DNA of 64,000 bases from Candidatus Dadabacteria bacterium (lineage in GTDB: Bacteria; Desulfobacterota_D; UBA1144; Nemesobacterales; Nemesobacteraceae): the NCBI GenBank assembly GCA_022819805.1, contig JAJEGO010000059.1, positions 11,576 through 75,575 of the forward strand, in the 5' to 3' direction. Shown here in pieces: positions 9,930-18,623 of the stretch. How positions within the stretch are numbered: the first letter of the stretch is position 1; each line of letters begins with the position of its first letter. The translations under genes were made by a program, and so were the position numbers. Below the pieces are notes generated by a model. The model had not been told where the DNA came from, searched no databases, and was given only the letters and a program-made list of their open reading frames with translations.

Positions 9930-10599
9930 CGGAGTCGCTTTGGGAAATCCCGGCGGAAACTATAAGCCGAAACGCGTCTTCCACGGAAATATCCAGTTCC
10001 TGCAGTTCCTCCTCCGGAACCATTACGTAAACACCGCTTGTCGGGTTCGGCGTGGTGGGAACGAACAGGCTGACGAGCTTTTGGTCCGTCTTGTTGTGGT
10101 TCCTCCCGGCCTCCGTAACTCCCGTTACGAAAGCTATGACCCGAACCCCTTTTCTGGGATACTCGACCAGCACGACCCTGCTCATGCTCTGCATCTGGGA
10201 GGTGAAAAAAAGCGTCTGCACGACCTGCTTCACGCTCACGTAGAAGGTTCTCGCAAGCGGAATCTTCGAGATAAGCGACTCGCCGAACTGAAGCATCCTT
10301 CTGCCGACGAAGTTCCGCGTCACGGCTCCCAGGAAAATGATCAGCAGCAGGGTGGCCCCTATTCCTATGACGAAAGATATTCCCTGAAACACGTAAGGCG
10401 GGACATCTATGAAGTGGCGGAGGATTCCGGCGGGGCCGGTGCTGAAAAAGAAGAGCATCCACTTTATCAGCTTGTAGAGGACAAAAATTGTTACCCCAAA
10501 GGGAACGATAATCAGGATGCCGGCAATGAAGCTCTGCTTGAGAAAAGATGATTGGGGCGGTTTTGAGTCTGGTATTTTAATCCCCCCGTTTCTGGTCAA
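9898..10599 (-). CDS. DUF502-family membrane protein.
   Basis: The 233-aa product has two or three transmembrane helices near the N-terminus and a composition typical of DUF502 proteins. Confidence 0.45.
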   Translation of the reverse strand: MTRNGGIKIPDSKPPQSSFLKQSFIAGILIIVPFGVTIFVLYKLIKWMLFFFSTGPAGILRHFIDVPPYVFQGISFVIGIGATLLLIIFLGAVTRNFVGRRMLQFGESLISKIPLARTFYVSVKQVVQTLFFTSQMQSMSRVVLVEYPRKGVRVIAFVTGVTEAGRNHNKTDQKLVSLFVPTTPNPTSGVYVMVPEEELQELDISVEDAFRLIVSAGISQSDSDVSGQDKKNG

Positions 10600-10864
10600 C
10601 TTTTTTCCTGAGAAACCTGCTGGGCTTGAAAACGACCGTGAGTCGGGAAGGTATGTCTACTTCCTCTCCTGTGGAGGGGTTTCTCCCTATCCGTGATTTT
10701 CTTCTCGTGACCCTGAAGGTTCCGAAACCCGGGAGTTTCACCTCTTCCCCGGCCATAAGCCTCTCCCTCATCAAGTCGAAAAAAAAGTTCACTATTTCCG
10801 CGGATTCCCTTCTTGAAAACCCTATTTCCTCATATAAAACGCCTGCCAGATCCTTCTTTGTCAT
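10577..10864 (-). CDS. ihfA: Integration host factor / HU-family DNA-binding protein, most likely IHF alpha.
   Basis: The 95-aa product has KDLA, an arm with GFGTFRV and RNPSTGEEVDIP, which is an IHF/HU signature. It sits immediately downstream of pheT, as in the conserved pheST-ihfA arrangement. Confidence 0.65.
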   Translation of the reverse strand: MTKKDLAGVLYEEIGFSRRESAEIVNFFFDLMRERLMAGEEVKLPGFGTFRVTRRKSRIGRNPSTGEEVDIPSRLTVVFKPSRFLRKKVDQKRGD

Positions 10865-10880
10865 GAAAATCCCCCTTTTT

Positions 10881-13310
10881 CTAAACCGAACGCAACTCAG
10901 CCCCTATTGTTTTTTCCAAACTTTCGAGAACATCCTGCTGAACCCTGTTAGCATCCTCATCGGTAAGGGTTCTTTCCCTGTTTCGAAGAATAAGGGAAAG
11001 CGCGACGCTCTTTTTTCCTTTCTCAAGGGAATTTCCCTTGTAGACATCAAACACCCACGCATTCTCTATTATACCAGAATCCGTCTTTTTGATAACCGCG
11101 AGAATTTCCCGCACCGGAACTACGTCGTCAACCACAAGCGCTATGTCGCGGCGAAGGGAGGGAAACTTGGGAAGCGGGGAAAACTTTCTCTCGAAGCTCG
11201 TGTAGACGACCGAGAGAAGGGATAAGTCGAGTTCAAGCACGTACACGCTTTCGCTTATCTCGAGTTTTTCCAGAAGATGGGGGTGAAGCTCCCCGACCAC
11301 TCCCAGAATGTTTCCGTCAACCAGCACGGCGGAAGATTTTCCCGGCCACAGAAATCCGTGGTCGGGGGAAATGGACCCAAATTCTATCCTGGTATCAACG
11401 GAAAGGACCTCGAGGCTCCTTTCAAGCACGCTTTTGATGTCGAAGAAATCGAATCTTTCCCCGTCCCATATCTCGGGCGCCCTCTTTCCGGTCGCAATTG
11501 CGGCGAACTTCTTCACTTCGTTCGGCAGCTGGTCCATGTTCTTGGGGTAAAAAACCTTTCCGGACTCGAAAAGCCTCACGTCCTGATTCTGCCTTGAGAG
11601 GTTGAGTCTCACGTTTTTCACCAGAGAGGGGAGAAGGCTCATCCTCATTTCCGAAAGCTCCCGCGATATGGGGTTCATAATGCGGATCGACTCTTCAAAG
11701 CCGAAAGTTCTTAGAAGTTCGGGAGCCTCGAAACTGTAGTTTATGGCCTCGAGAAAGCCGTAGGAAACGAAAATATCCCTGAGCCTCTTTTCCATGACGG
11801 TTATCACGCTGGGCTTTTTGGCTACCATTGGGACCTCCGGCAGCACGGAGGGAATGTTGTCATAACCCAGAAGGCGCGCGACTTCCTCAACGATGTCCAC
11901 CTCGCGCTCTATGTCCACCCTGAAAGTCGGAACCCGAAGCAAAAGCTCATCGGCGGAGAGACTGAGAACCTCAAACTCAAGGCCCTCGAGAAGCCCCGCT
12001 ATCTCGTGGGAATCGGTGGATATGCCGACTAGGCCGCAGACCCTGTCAACCGAAAGGGAGATCTCCCTCGGACTAACGGGGTCTGGATAGACATCGATAA
12101 GGCCTCGGGCGACGGTTCCTCCGGACAAACGGCTTATAAGCTCGACCGCGCGGTCAAGCGCGAACGAAACATTGTTTATGTCAATCCCTTTTTCAAACCT
12201 GCTCGAGGATTCGCTCTTAAGGCCGTTCCGCTTGGATGTTTTCCTTATGCCCACGGGAGAGAAGTAAGCGGCTTCAAGCAGGACGCTGCTCGTCGCATCG
12301 TGTATTTCGGAGTCGGCACCGCCCATAATTCCGGCAAGCGCGACGGGGCGATCCCCGCTGCAGATAACCAGATCCTCAACGAGCAGTTCTCTCTCGACGC
12401 CATCAAGCGTTTCTATCGTTTCCCCTTCCCTAGCCTTTCTGACTGAGATGCTGCCCTTATCAAGCCTGTCGCAATCAAAGGCGTGAAGCGGCTGTCCCTG
12501 TTCAAGGAGAACGAAGTTCGTAACGTCAACGACGTTGTTAACGGAGCGGATTCCGCAGTGCTCAAGCCTTTCGCGAAGCCACGCGGGAGAGGGTTCTATT
12601 CTGACTCCCTCAATCAGTCGGCAGCAGTACCTGGGACACTCATCCGCATCCTCAACCTCCACCGTGACCCTTTCCGAAATGCTCTCTCCTTCCTCTTTTA
12701 TTGAGAAGCTGGGTTTCAGAAGATTCTCGCCCAGTATTGCCGATACTTCCCTCGCGATCCCGAAAATGCTCATGCAGTCAGGGCGATTGGGGGTAATTCC
12801 AACCTCGAATATAACGCCGTCGTAGCCGATCTCGTCGCTCATGCTGGTTCCAAGCTCGGCCTTGGGAGAGAGAATCATTATTCCGTCCTCGCCACCCAAG
12901 AGACCCATTTCATCGGCGGAACACAGCATCCCCTCCGAATCCTGGCCGCGGATTTTCGAGCGCTTTATCTTGACTCCTTCGGGGAACTTCTGGGTAGCGG
13001 GAAGAACCGTTCCCGCCTTGGCGAAAGCGACCTTGTCCCCCTCCTTCATGTTGTCCGCCCCGCAGACAACCACGTAGCGGTCCTGGCCGTCGGTAATCTC
13101 GCAGACACTAAGCCTGTCGGCATTCGGGTGCTTTTCTATGCCGTTTATCTGGGCGACGCAGACATCCGCAAGAGCCTTGCCCTTGTCCTCAAGGGCTTCA
13201 AGCTCCAAGCCCGCCATGGTGAGCATTTCTCCCAGCTCTTCTGCGGAAACGTCGATTTTCAGGTAGTCAGTAAGCCATCCAAGAGGAAAAATCATAAGTT
13301 CACCCGGCAA
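10881..13310 (-). CDS. pheT: Phenylalanine--tRNA ligase beta subunit.
   Basis: The 809-aa product has an N-terminal tRNA-binding domain, B3/B4 and B5 domains, and a C-terminal FDX-ACB-like domain characteristic of PheT. Confidence 0.9.
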   Translation of the reverse strand: MPGELMIFPLGWLTDYLKIDVSAEELGEMLTMAGLELEALEDKGKALADVCVAQINGIEKHPNADRLSVCEITDGQDRYVVVCGADNMKEGDKVAFAKAGTVLPATQKFPEGVKIKRSKIRGQDSEGMLCSADEMGLLGGEDGIMILSPKAELGTSMSDEIGYDGVIFEVGITPNRPDCMSIFGIAREVSAILGENLLKPSFSIKEEGESISERVTVEVEDADECPRYCCRLIEGVRIEPSPAWLRERLEHCGIRSVNNVVDVTNFVLLEQGQPLHAFDCDRLDKGSISVRKAREGETIETLDGVERELLVEDLVICSGDRPVALAGIMGGADSEIHDATSSVLLEAAYFSPVGIRKTSKRNGLKSESSSRFEKGIDINNVSFALDRAVELISRLSGGTVARGLIDVYPDPVSPREISLSVDRVCGLVGISTDSHEIAGLLEGLEFEVLSLSADELLLRVPTFRVDIEREVDIVEEVARLLGYDNIPSVLPEVPMVAKKPSVITVMEKRLRDIFVSYGFLEAINYSFEAPELLRTFGFEESIRIMNPISRELSEMRMSLLPSLVKNVRLNLSRQNQDVRLFESGKVFYPKNMDQLPNEVKKFAAIATGKRAPEIWDGERFDFFDIKSVLERSLEVLSVDTRIEFGSISPDHGFLWPGKSSAVLVDGNILGVVGELHPHLLEKLEISESVYVLELDLSLLSVVYTSFERKFSPLPKFPSLRRDIALVVDDVVPVREILAVIKKTDSGIIENAWVFDVYKGNSLEKGKKSVALSLILRNRERTLTDEDANRVQQDVLESLEKTIGAELRSV

Positions 13311-13774
13311 GTTAGGTTACACGCTATAAAAAACTGGTCAACAGTTAACCCGCTGAAAATAAAAGACTATTTAAGAAAACCCAAGCAAGCCCCGATGGAA
13401 TCCGCCCGGCTGCGGAATCGCTCCCGCCGACACGCGGGGATTTCAACCTCCCGCAGGAGCAAAACGCCTATTCTCCGGGAGGCGGGGAGGGGTGTCAGCG
13501 CATGAAACCGCTCTGGAGGTTCCGCCATTGTTAATAAATTATTAAAAATTCGTTTTAAATTTCTTAATTAACTGATATGAAACACTTTTTCTTGTCGATA
13601 GATTGTGAATGGAATTTTTCAAATGCCATAGGCTATAATCTAACTACCTTAAATCATTGAATAATTTTAAAAACAGGCTGTTTTCTCCTTTTCATCCCGC
13701 CGAGCGCTCTGTGAAATGTTTGGGAACTACATATTTAGGTTGACAAATCCCCTGCAACAGGTAGTATTTTATAC

Positions 13775-14710
13775 ATGAATAGAGTTAAGAAAAAGAGACA
13801 AAAGCTTTCTCTTTACGGGTTGTTAGAACGCTTTGATACGGAAGAGAAAGCCATGAAGTATATAGAGATGGTACGATGGGAAGGTAAAAGGTGCTGCCCC
13901 TATTGCGGGTCTATGGAGACAAACGAAGCTTCTCATAAGAAGATGCCTTATTGGTGTCCTTCCTGCCGTAAGTATTTCAGTGTCCGCACTGGAACACTGA
14001 TGCAAGATAGCAGGTTGTCCTATCGCAAGTGGCTGACTGCCATATATCTCATGGGAACATCCCTGAAGGGTGTATCCAGCACTAAACTCGCAAGCGACCT
14101 CGGCATTACGCAGAAATCAGCTTGGTTTCTAAGCCATCGTATAAGAGAAGCTTGGGATACAAATGCGAGGCAGTTCTTCAGCGGACAAGTTGAGATAGAC
14201 GAAACCTATCTTGGTGGAGTTGAGAAGAACAAGCACAAGAGCAAGAAACTGAAACAAGGGCGTGGTTCAGTCGGGAAAAAGCCTGTCGTAGCTATCAAGG
14301 AAAGAAAAAGCAAGAAAGTAAAGGCTATGGTTGTTGACAGTACCGACCAAGCAACCACAGCCAAGATGATTATTGAGAATGTCGCTCGCGGTACGAATAT
14401 CCACACGGACGAGGCGGGTATGTATCAGATCGTCAAGTGGCTAGGATATGAACACAGTACCGTTAACCACAAGGCGGGAGAGTATGTCAGGGGTGAGGCT
14501 TCAACGAACAGTGTTGAGTCCTTCTGGGCATTGCTCAAGCGTGGTTACTACGGGATATATCACAGAATGTCCACAAAGCATCTTCAGAAGTATGTCAACG
14601 AGTTTGCCAACCGAGCAAATGTCCGCCCTATGGATACCATAGACCAGATGAACCTTACTCTGAAAGGACTGGTGGGAAAAAGGCTTACTTATCAGGATTT
14701 GATTCGGTAA
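13775..14710 (+). CDS. IS1595-family (ISXO2-like) DDE transposase.
   Basis: The 311-aa product has an N-terminal zinc ribbon (CCPYCGS...CPSCRK) and an HTH, followed by a DDE region (IDETYLGG ... HTDE ... NSVESFWALLKRGYYGIYH). This matches the IS1595 transposase architecture. Confidence 0.8.
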   Translation: MNRVKKKRQKLSLYGLLERFDTEEKAMKYIEMVRWEGKRCCPYCGSMETNEASHKKMPYWCPSCRKYFSVRTGTLMQDSRLSYRKWLTAIYLMGTSLKGVSSTKLASDLGITQKSAWFLSHRIREAWDTNARQFFSGQVEIDETYLGGVEKNKHKSKKLKQGRGSVGKKPVVAIKERKSKKVKAMVVDSTDQATTAKMIIENVARGTNIHTDEAGMYQIVKWLGYEHSTVNHKAGEYVRGEASTNSVESFWALLKRGYYGIYHRMSTKHLQKYVNEFANRANVRPMDTIDQMNLTLKGLVGKRLTYQDLIR

Positions 14711-14874
14711 TAGGCTCTTCTTCCTCGTTGGGAGGAGGACTAAGCAATATCTTCAGCCTGGTATCGAAATCCACTTCCGACATGTCGGGAATATCTGGTT
14801 CGTTATCCATTTTGATACTTACATTACCATTGAAAAAAATGTATAGCAATTCTTTTTCTACGAGGAGAGATAAT

Positions 14875-15171
14875 ATGAGATTCTTTACAATGGTTTTACT
14901 GTTTGTTCTGCTAGCTGTTCCAGTCAGCGCACAGACAGAAGATACAAGAGATAGTCGCAAGGGAATAGCTTATGCTATTCAATCTTTTGGCTGGAAGTGC
15001 AATGAGGTACAAAATTATGAGGGAGGTTTCGTTACTTCAGGCAGGTATATTGGAAAAATTACTTGCGAGAGAAACCGAACCTACTATTTAAGAAATATCA
15101 ACGCCGGAAAGCATGGGCTCTTTTTTGCAACTCTTTGCACTTCTAAAGGCGAATGCAAAGAGTTCAAATAA
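14875..15171 (+). CDS. Small secreted cysteine-containing protein of unknown function, a passenger gene inside the IS.
   Basis: An internal start has an AGGAGAG Shine-Dalgarno 6 nt upstream. The signal peptide MRFFTMVLLFVLLAVPVSAQ is followed by a ~78-aa mature region with 4 Cys. It ends before a strong intrinsic terminator. Confidence 0.5.
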   Translation: MRFFTMVLLFVLLAVPVSAQTEDTRDSRKGIAYAIQSFGWKCNEVQNYEGGFVTSGRYIGKITCERNRTYYLRNINAGKHGLFFATLCTSKGECKEFK

Positions 15172-15413
15172 GGGCAATGATTCCTCACCGCCCTTAAAAC
15201 CCTTTAGAAAAGGATATCTTCTATTATCGCCTTTAGGCAGAACAGAACGCACCCTTTGACAAGGGCAAGAAAATCCCCTACCATTTTCATGGCATTTCTC
15301 CTTGCAATCCAGATGTACGAAGCGACTGAATTGCTATGACGGGGAAGCTAAAAGCACGATGTCCTCACTTGGTTGCTTAAACGATCGAGCAAGTGGACGG
15401 AGATTTAACAGTT

Positions 15414-15452
15414 AGCCTGACTATTGGAGTAATTCAGTAGTCAGGCTTTTTT
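15414..15452 (+). terminator. Rho-independent terminator inside the IS, downstream of the passenger gene.
   Basis: The hairpin AGCCTGACTA-N13-TAGTCAGGCT is followed by TTTTTT. Confidence 0.6.
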
Positions 15453-15542
15453 AACAATTCTAAGATTATCTGATTGATTGATAGGTGTCAACCTAAATAT
15501 GTAGTTCCCAAATGTTTCACGTGAAACATTCTGTCACCGATG

Positions 15543-16937
15543 CTACTTTCCGATGCAGAATCTGGAGAAAATCCTGCCCAGAAGATCTTCCGTGGTTACC
15601 TCTCCCGTGATCTCGCCAAGCGAGTCCATGGAGTTGCGAAGCTCTATCGAGAGGATTTCCGGATACTCGTTGCGTCCAAGGAGCTTGAGAAACGTGCGAA
15701 GCTGTTCCCGGGCCTTTTCCATCGATTTTTTATGACGGAGATTAGTCAGCACAAGCTCCGAGGCGTCAGTGCCCCGAGGAGAGTCTGCCAAGGTCTCGAA
15801 CATGATCTGCCTGAGATGCTCTATTCCCTCTTTTGTGAGCGCCGAGGTTTTCACCGGATTCTTCCCCTCAAGAATCTTCTGCAGCTTCGACTCTTCAAGC
15901 CTTTCCTCAAGATCCATCTTGTTGATCACGACAAGATGTTTCTTTTGGGCGGCGGTTTTGAGAATTTTTCTGTCCAGGGCGTCAATTTCCGTGCTCTGGT
16001 CCAAAATGACGAGCACAAATTCGGATTCTTCGGCTTTTTTAAGAGAAAGCTCCACCCCGAGCCTTTCTATCCGGTCCTCCGTATCCCTTATGCCGGCCGT
16101 ATCCGTTATAACGAGGGGAATTCCTCCGACATTTATTCTTTCTTCAATAAAATCTCTCGTGGTTCCGGCTACCGGGCTCACTATAGCCCTTTGGGTCTCG
16201 AGCAGACAGTTAAGTATGCTCGATTTCCCGACGTTAGGTTTGCCCAGTATTACCATAGTCACTCCGTCCCTGAACATTTTGCCCGTATCGTAGCTCTCGA
16301 TAAGGGTCGAAAGTTCCTTTTCCACGGATCCGGACGCTTCCTTGAGGCGGTTTTTGGCAATAGGGTCTATATCTTCTTCGGGAAAATCGAGGTTCGCCTC
16401 TATTTCCGCCAAGACATCGAGGATTTGATCTTTAAGTGCGTTCACCTTGCCCGATAGGGCACCTTCGAGCTGTGCCTCGGCATACCGAAGGCTCTTTTCA
16501 GTCTGGGCGCTTATGATGTCGGAAACCGCCTCGGCCTGGGCCAAGTCCATTTTTCCGTTAAGAAACGCCCTCTGGGTAAATTCCCCCGGGGCGGCAAGGG
16601 TCGCCCCGAGGTCGATCAGGATTTCAAGTATCTTCCGGGGGACCATATGACCCCCGTGAGAGTGGATCTCGGCCACGTCCTCCCCTGTATAGGTATCAGG
16701 AGAGCTCATAACGACGCAGAGAACCTCGTCCACTGTTTCGCCGGTTTCGGGGTCGATTATTTTCCCGAAACAAAGCTTTCTCTCGGAAAACCCCGAATTT
16801 CCGGCAGGAACGAAGATTTTCCTTGCGATCGCGTGAGATTCCACGCCACTTATGCGGATTACGGCCACTCCTCCCTCTCCAGGCGGGGTGGAAATGGCGG
16901 CTATGGTGCTTTCGCGCTCGGGCACAAGTGACGACAT
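15543..16937 (-). CDS. mnmE: tRNA modification GTPase MnmE/TrmE.
   Basis: The 464-aa product has G-domain motifs GKPNVGKSS and DTAGIR and the C-terminal CIGK motif typical of MnmE. Confidence 0.9.
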   Translation of the reverse strand: MSSLVPERESTIAAISTPPGEGGVAVIRISGVESHAIARKIFVPAGNSGFSERKLCFGKIIDPETGETVDEVLCVVMSSPDTYTGEDVAEIHSHGGHMVPRKILEILIDLGATLAAPGEFTQRAFLNGKMDLAQAEAVSDIISAQTEKSLRYAEAQLEGALSGKVNALKDQILDVLAEIEANLDFPEEDIDPIAKNRLKEASGSVEKELSTLIESYDTGKMFRDGVTMVILGKPNVGKSSILNCLLETQRAIVSPVAGTTRDFIEERINVGGIPLVITDTAGIRDTEDRIERLGVELSLKKAEESEFVLVILDQSTEIDALDRKILKTAAQKKHLVVINKMDLEERLEESKLQKILEGKNPVKTSALTKEGIEHLRQIMFETLADSPRGTDASELVLTNLRHKKSMEKAREQLRTFLKLLGRNEYPEILSIELRNSMDSLGEITGEVTTEDLLGRIFSRFCIGK

Positions 16938-16990
16938 GAAAGAGAATCTACCATATAAAGCCGCTTCTAGTCAGGAAACCGGATAAAAAA

Positions 16991-17024
16991 CCCCCTGAAT
17001 GTTTCACGTGAAACATTCAGGGGG
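16991..17024. terminator. Perfect 34-bp palindrome CCCCCTGAATGTTTCAC|GTGAAACATTCAGGGGG. It is probably a bidirectional transcription terminator or a REP-like hairpin element.
   Basis: Read directly from the sequence. It lies between the 3' end of the CMD gene (17058, minus strand) and the 5' region of mnmE. Its central 21 nt are identical to the junction at the right end of the IS (15510-15530). Confidence 0.45.
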
Positions 17025-17057
17025 AAATGAGGAGGAATTTCAAAGAAACCGTTAGAG

Positions 17058-17741
17058 CTACTTCTCGAGACTCTTAAGCGTTTGCATGGCGATGCTGGTG
17101 TGGGCGTAACAGGAACCGGCGGTCATGACCATGGCAACGTTTATGGCCTCGGCCATCTGCTCCGCTGTTACGCCGTCAGTATGAGCGTCCTTCACGGTTC
17201 CCCTTATACAATAAGGACATTTAGTCGCATGAGCGCAGGCAAGACCTATTATGCCCCTTTTCATTTTTTTACTTAAAGCCCCGTCCTCGAAAATTTTCTT
17301 GTGAAGTTCCATGAAGTGGGGAGAGATATCGCCGCTGCATTCCCTGAAACTGGCAATTTCTTTTGCTATGTCTTTTTTGAAAAAGTGACCCTCGGTAAGC
17401 GGGATTCCGGCCTCCAGGGTGTCCCAAGCTTCAAAAGCCAAGCTCGAAAACGCGAAAGGGCCCCCCATGTTGAGCCTAAGTCCCACGTATATCGATTCGA
17501 CTATCTCCTGGTCGCTCGCTCCCTCTTTTTTGCTGGCGCGGACCCTCGACCTTATGCAGTAGGGACAAGCCGTAATATGCGCTACGGCTACCGCAATAAG
17601 CTGTTTTTCCTTTGCGCTAAGGGCTCCGTCGACAAACACAGAATCATGATAAGCCATCCAAGAATCGTAAAGATCCGGGTTCAGTTCTCTAAGATGAGCT
17701 ATATCCCCGCCGATCTGGGCCTTCATTATAGTATCAGACAT
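17058..17741 (-). CDS. Carboxymuconolactone decarboxylase (AhpD-like) family protein with tandem duplicated domains.
   Basis: The 227-aa product carries two AhpD-core-like repeats, each with a CPYC motif (HITACPYCIRS and HATKCPYCIRG). Confidence 0.6.
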   Translation of the reverse strand: MSDTIMKAQIGGDIAHLRELNPDLYDSWMAYHDSVFVDGALSAKEKQLIAVAVAHITACPYCIRSRVRASKKEGASDQEIVESIYVGLRLNMGGPFAFSSLAFEAWDTLEAGIPLTEGHFFKKDIAKEIASFRECSGDISPHFMELHKKIFEDGALSKKMKRGIIGLACAHATKCPYCIRGTVKDAHTDGVTAEQMAEAINVAMVMTAGSCYAHTSIAMQTLKSLEK

Positions 17742-17917
17742 ACTGGTTATACCTCTCGTTAATTACTAGTTTTCCCTGTCTTTTAAAGAACTGCGCTTGA
17801 ACGAAGCACAGAAGCTCCAAATCCTCAAGGGTAGGATAGAGTAACTGCTTCGGACAGGGAAATCAACAGGTTGGGCACCAATGGAAACAGGTTTTGCCCA
17901 GATAGCGAGGGTGCGGA

Positions 17918-18547
17918 TTAGGTTTTTTCGAGTAGGCGCATCCAATCGTCGGCTAAGTGCATCCACTCTTCTTTAAAAAGGAGACTTTTCCCCTGCATGA
18001 TTACATCTGCTATAGGAACAAGAGATTTCTTGGTTTTAGCCATAAGTATGGCTCCTTCAAACTGAGAAACCATGAATCTGGCCGCCATCTTCGTATCAAG
18101 ATCCTCTTTAAAAAAACCCTGTTCTACTCCTCTTCTAAAACATTCCTCAACCAGATCTTCGCATTCCCGAAAATGCTTATCCAGAACGGAACGGAATTTT
18201 TCGTTTAGGGAGCTCTGTTCCAAGGCCAGGTTTCCGAAAAAAGAGCCTGGGTATATGGCCTGCTCCAAAAGATCACGTTCAGAAAAAAATCTCTTTTTAT
18301 ACCATTCCCAAAGCTGTTCAACAGCATTGAGATCAGTCTGCATGATCTCCGAGATTTCACGGATTTCGCTATCGGCAAGCTTTGTGAGAACATCCAATCC
18401 CAGTTCTTCTTTGCCTTCAAAGTAGTAGTAGAAATTGCTCTTGGAAACACCCGCTTTCTTTATGAGCATATCTACAGAAGTTCCGTCATACCCATAGAGA
18501 TGGAAAAGTTCGGTGGCGGCCTCCATAATTTTATCTTTATTGCTCAT
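17918..18547 (-). CDS. TetR/AcrR-family transcriptional regulator.
   Basis: The N-terminal HTH AATELFHLYGYDGTSVDMLIKKAGVSKSNFYYYF is typical of TetR_N. The product is 209 aa. Confidence 0.8.
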   Translation of the reverse strand: MSNKDKIMEAATELFHLYGYDGTSVDMLIKKAGVSKSNFYYYFEGKEELGLDVLTKLADSEIREISEIMQTDLNAVEQLWEWYKKRFFSERDLLEQAIYPGSFFGNLALEQSSLNEKFRSVLDKHFRECEDLVEECFRRGVEQGFFKEDLDTKMAARFMVSQFEGAILMAKTKKSLVPIADVIMQGKSLLFKEEWMHLADDWMRLLEKT

Positions 18548-18623
18548 AACGTTTAATTGCTCCTAGTACTAAACCTTTAAAAGAAACCTTTGTCAAATGC
18601 GGTTAGGGTAAATTAAGGATTGA

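Larger units (their letters stand above)
13711..15520. mobile_element. IS1595-family insertion sequence, ~1810 bp. It has 35-bp terminal inverted repeats, with IR-L at 13711-13745 and IR-R at 15486-15520, and carries a transposase plus a passenger gene.
   Basis: IR-L reads GTGAAATGTTTGGGAACTACATATTTAGGTTGACA. The reverse complement of IR-R reads GTGAAACATTTGGGAACTACATATTTAGGTTGACA, which is 33/35 identical. Both were read directly from the sequence. The interior, apart from the transposase gene, is markedly AT-rich compared with the flanking DNA. Confidence 0.8.

Noticed and set aside
15540-16457. 305-aa plus-strand ORF opposite mnmE.
   Set aside because: It is antisense to a gene with canonical G-domain and CIGK motifs.
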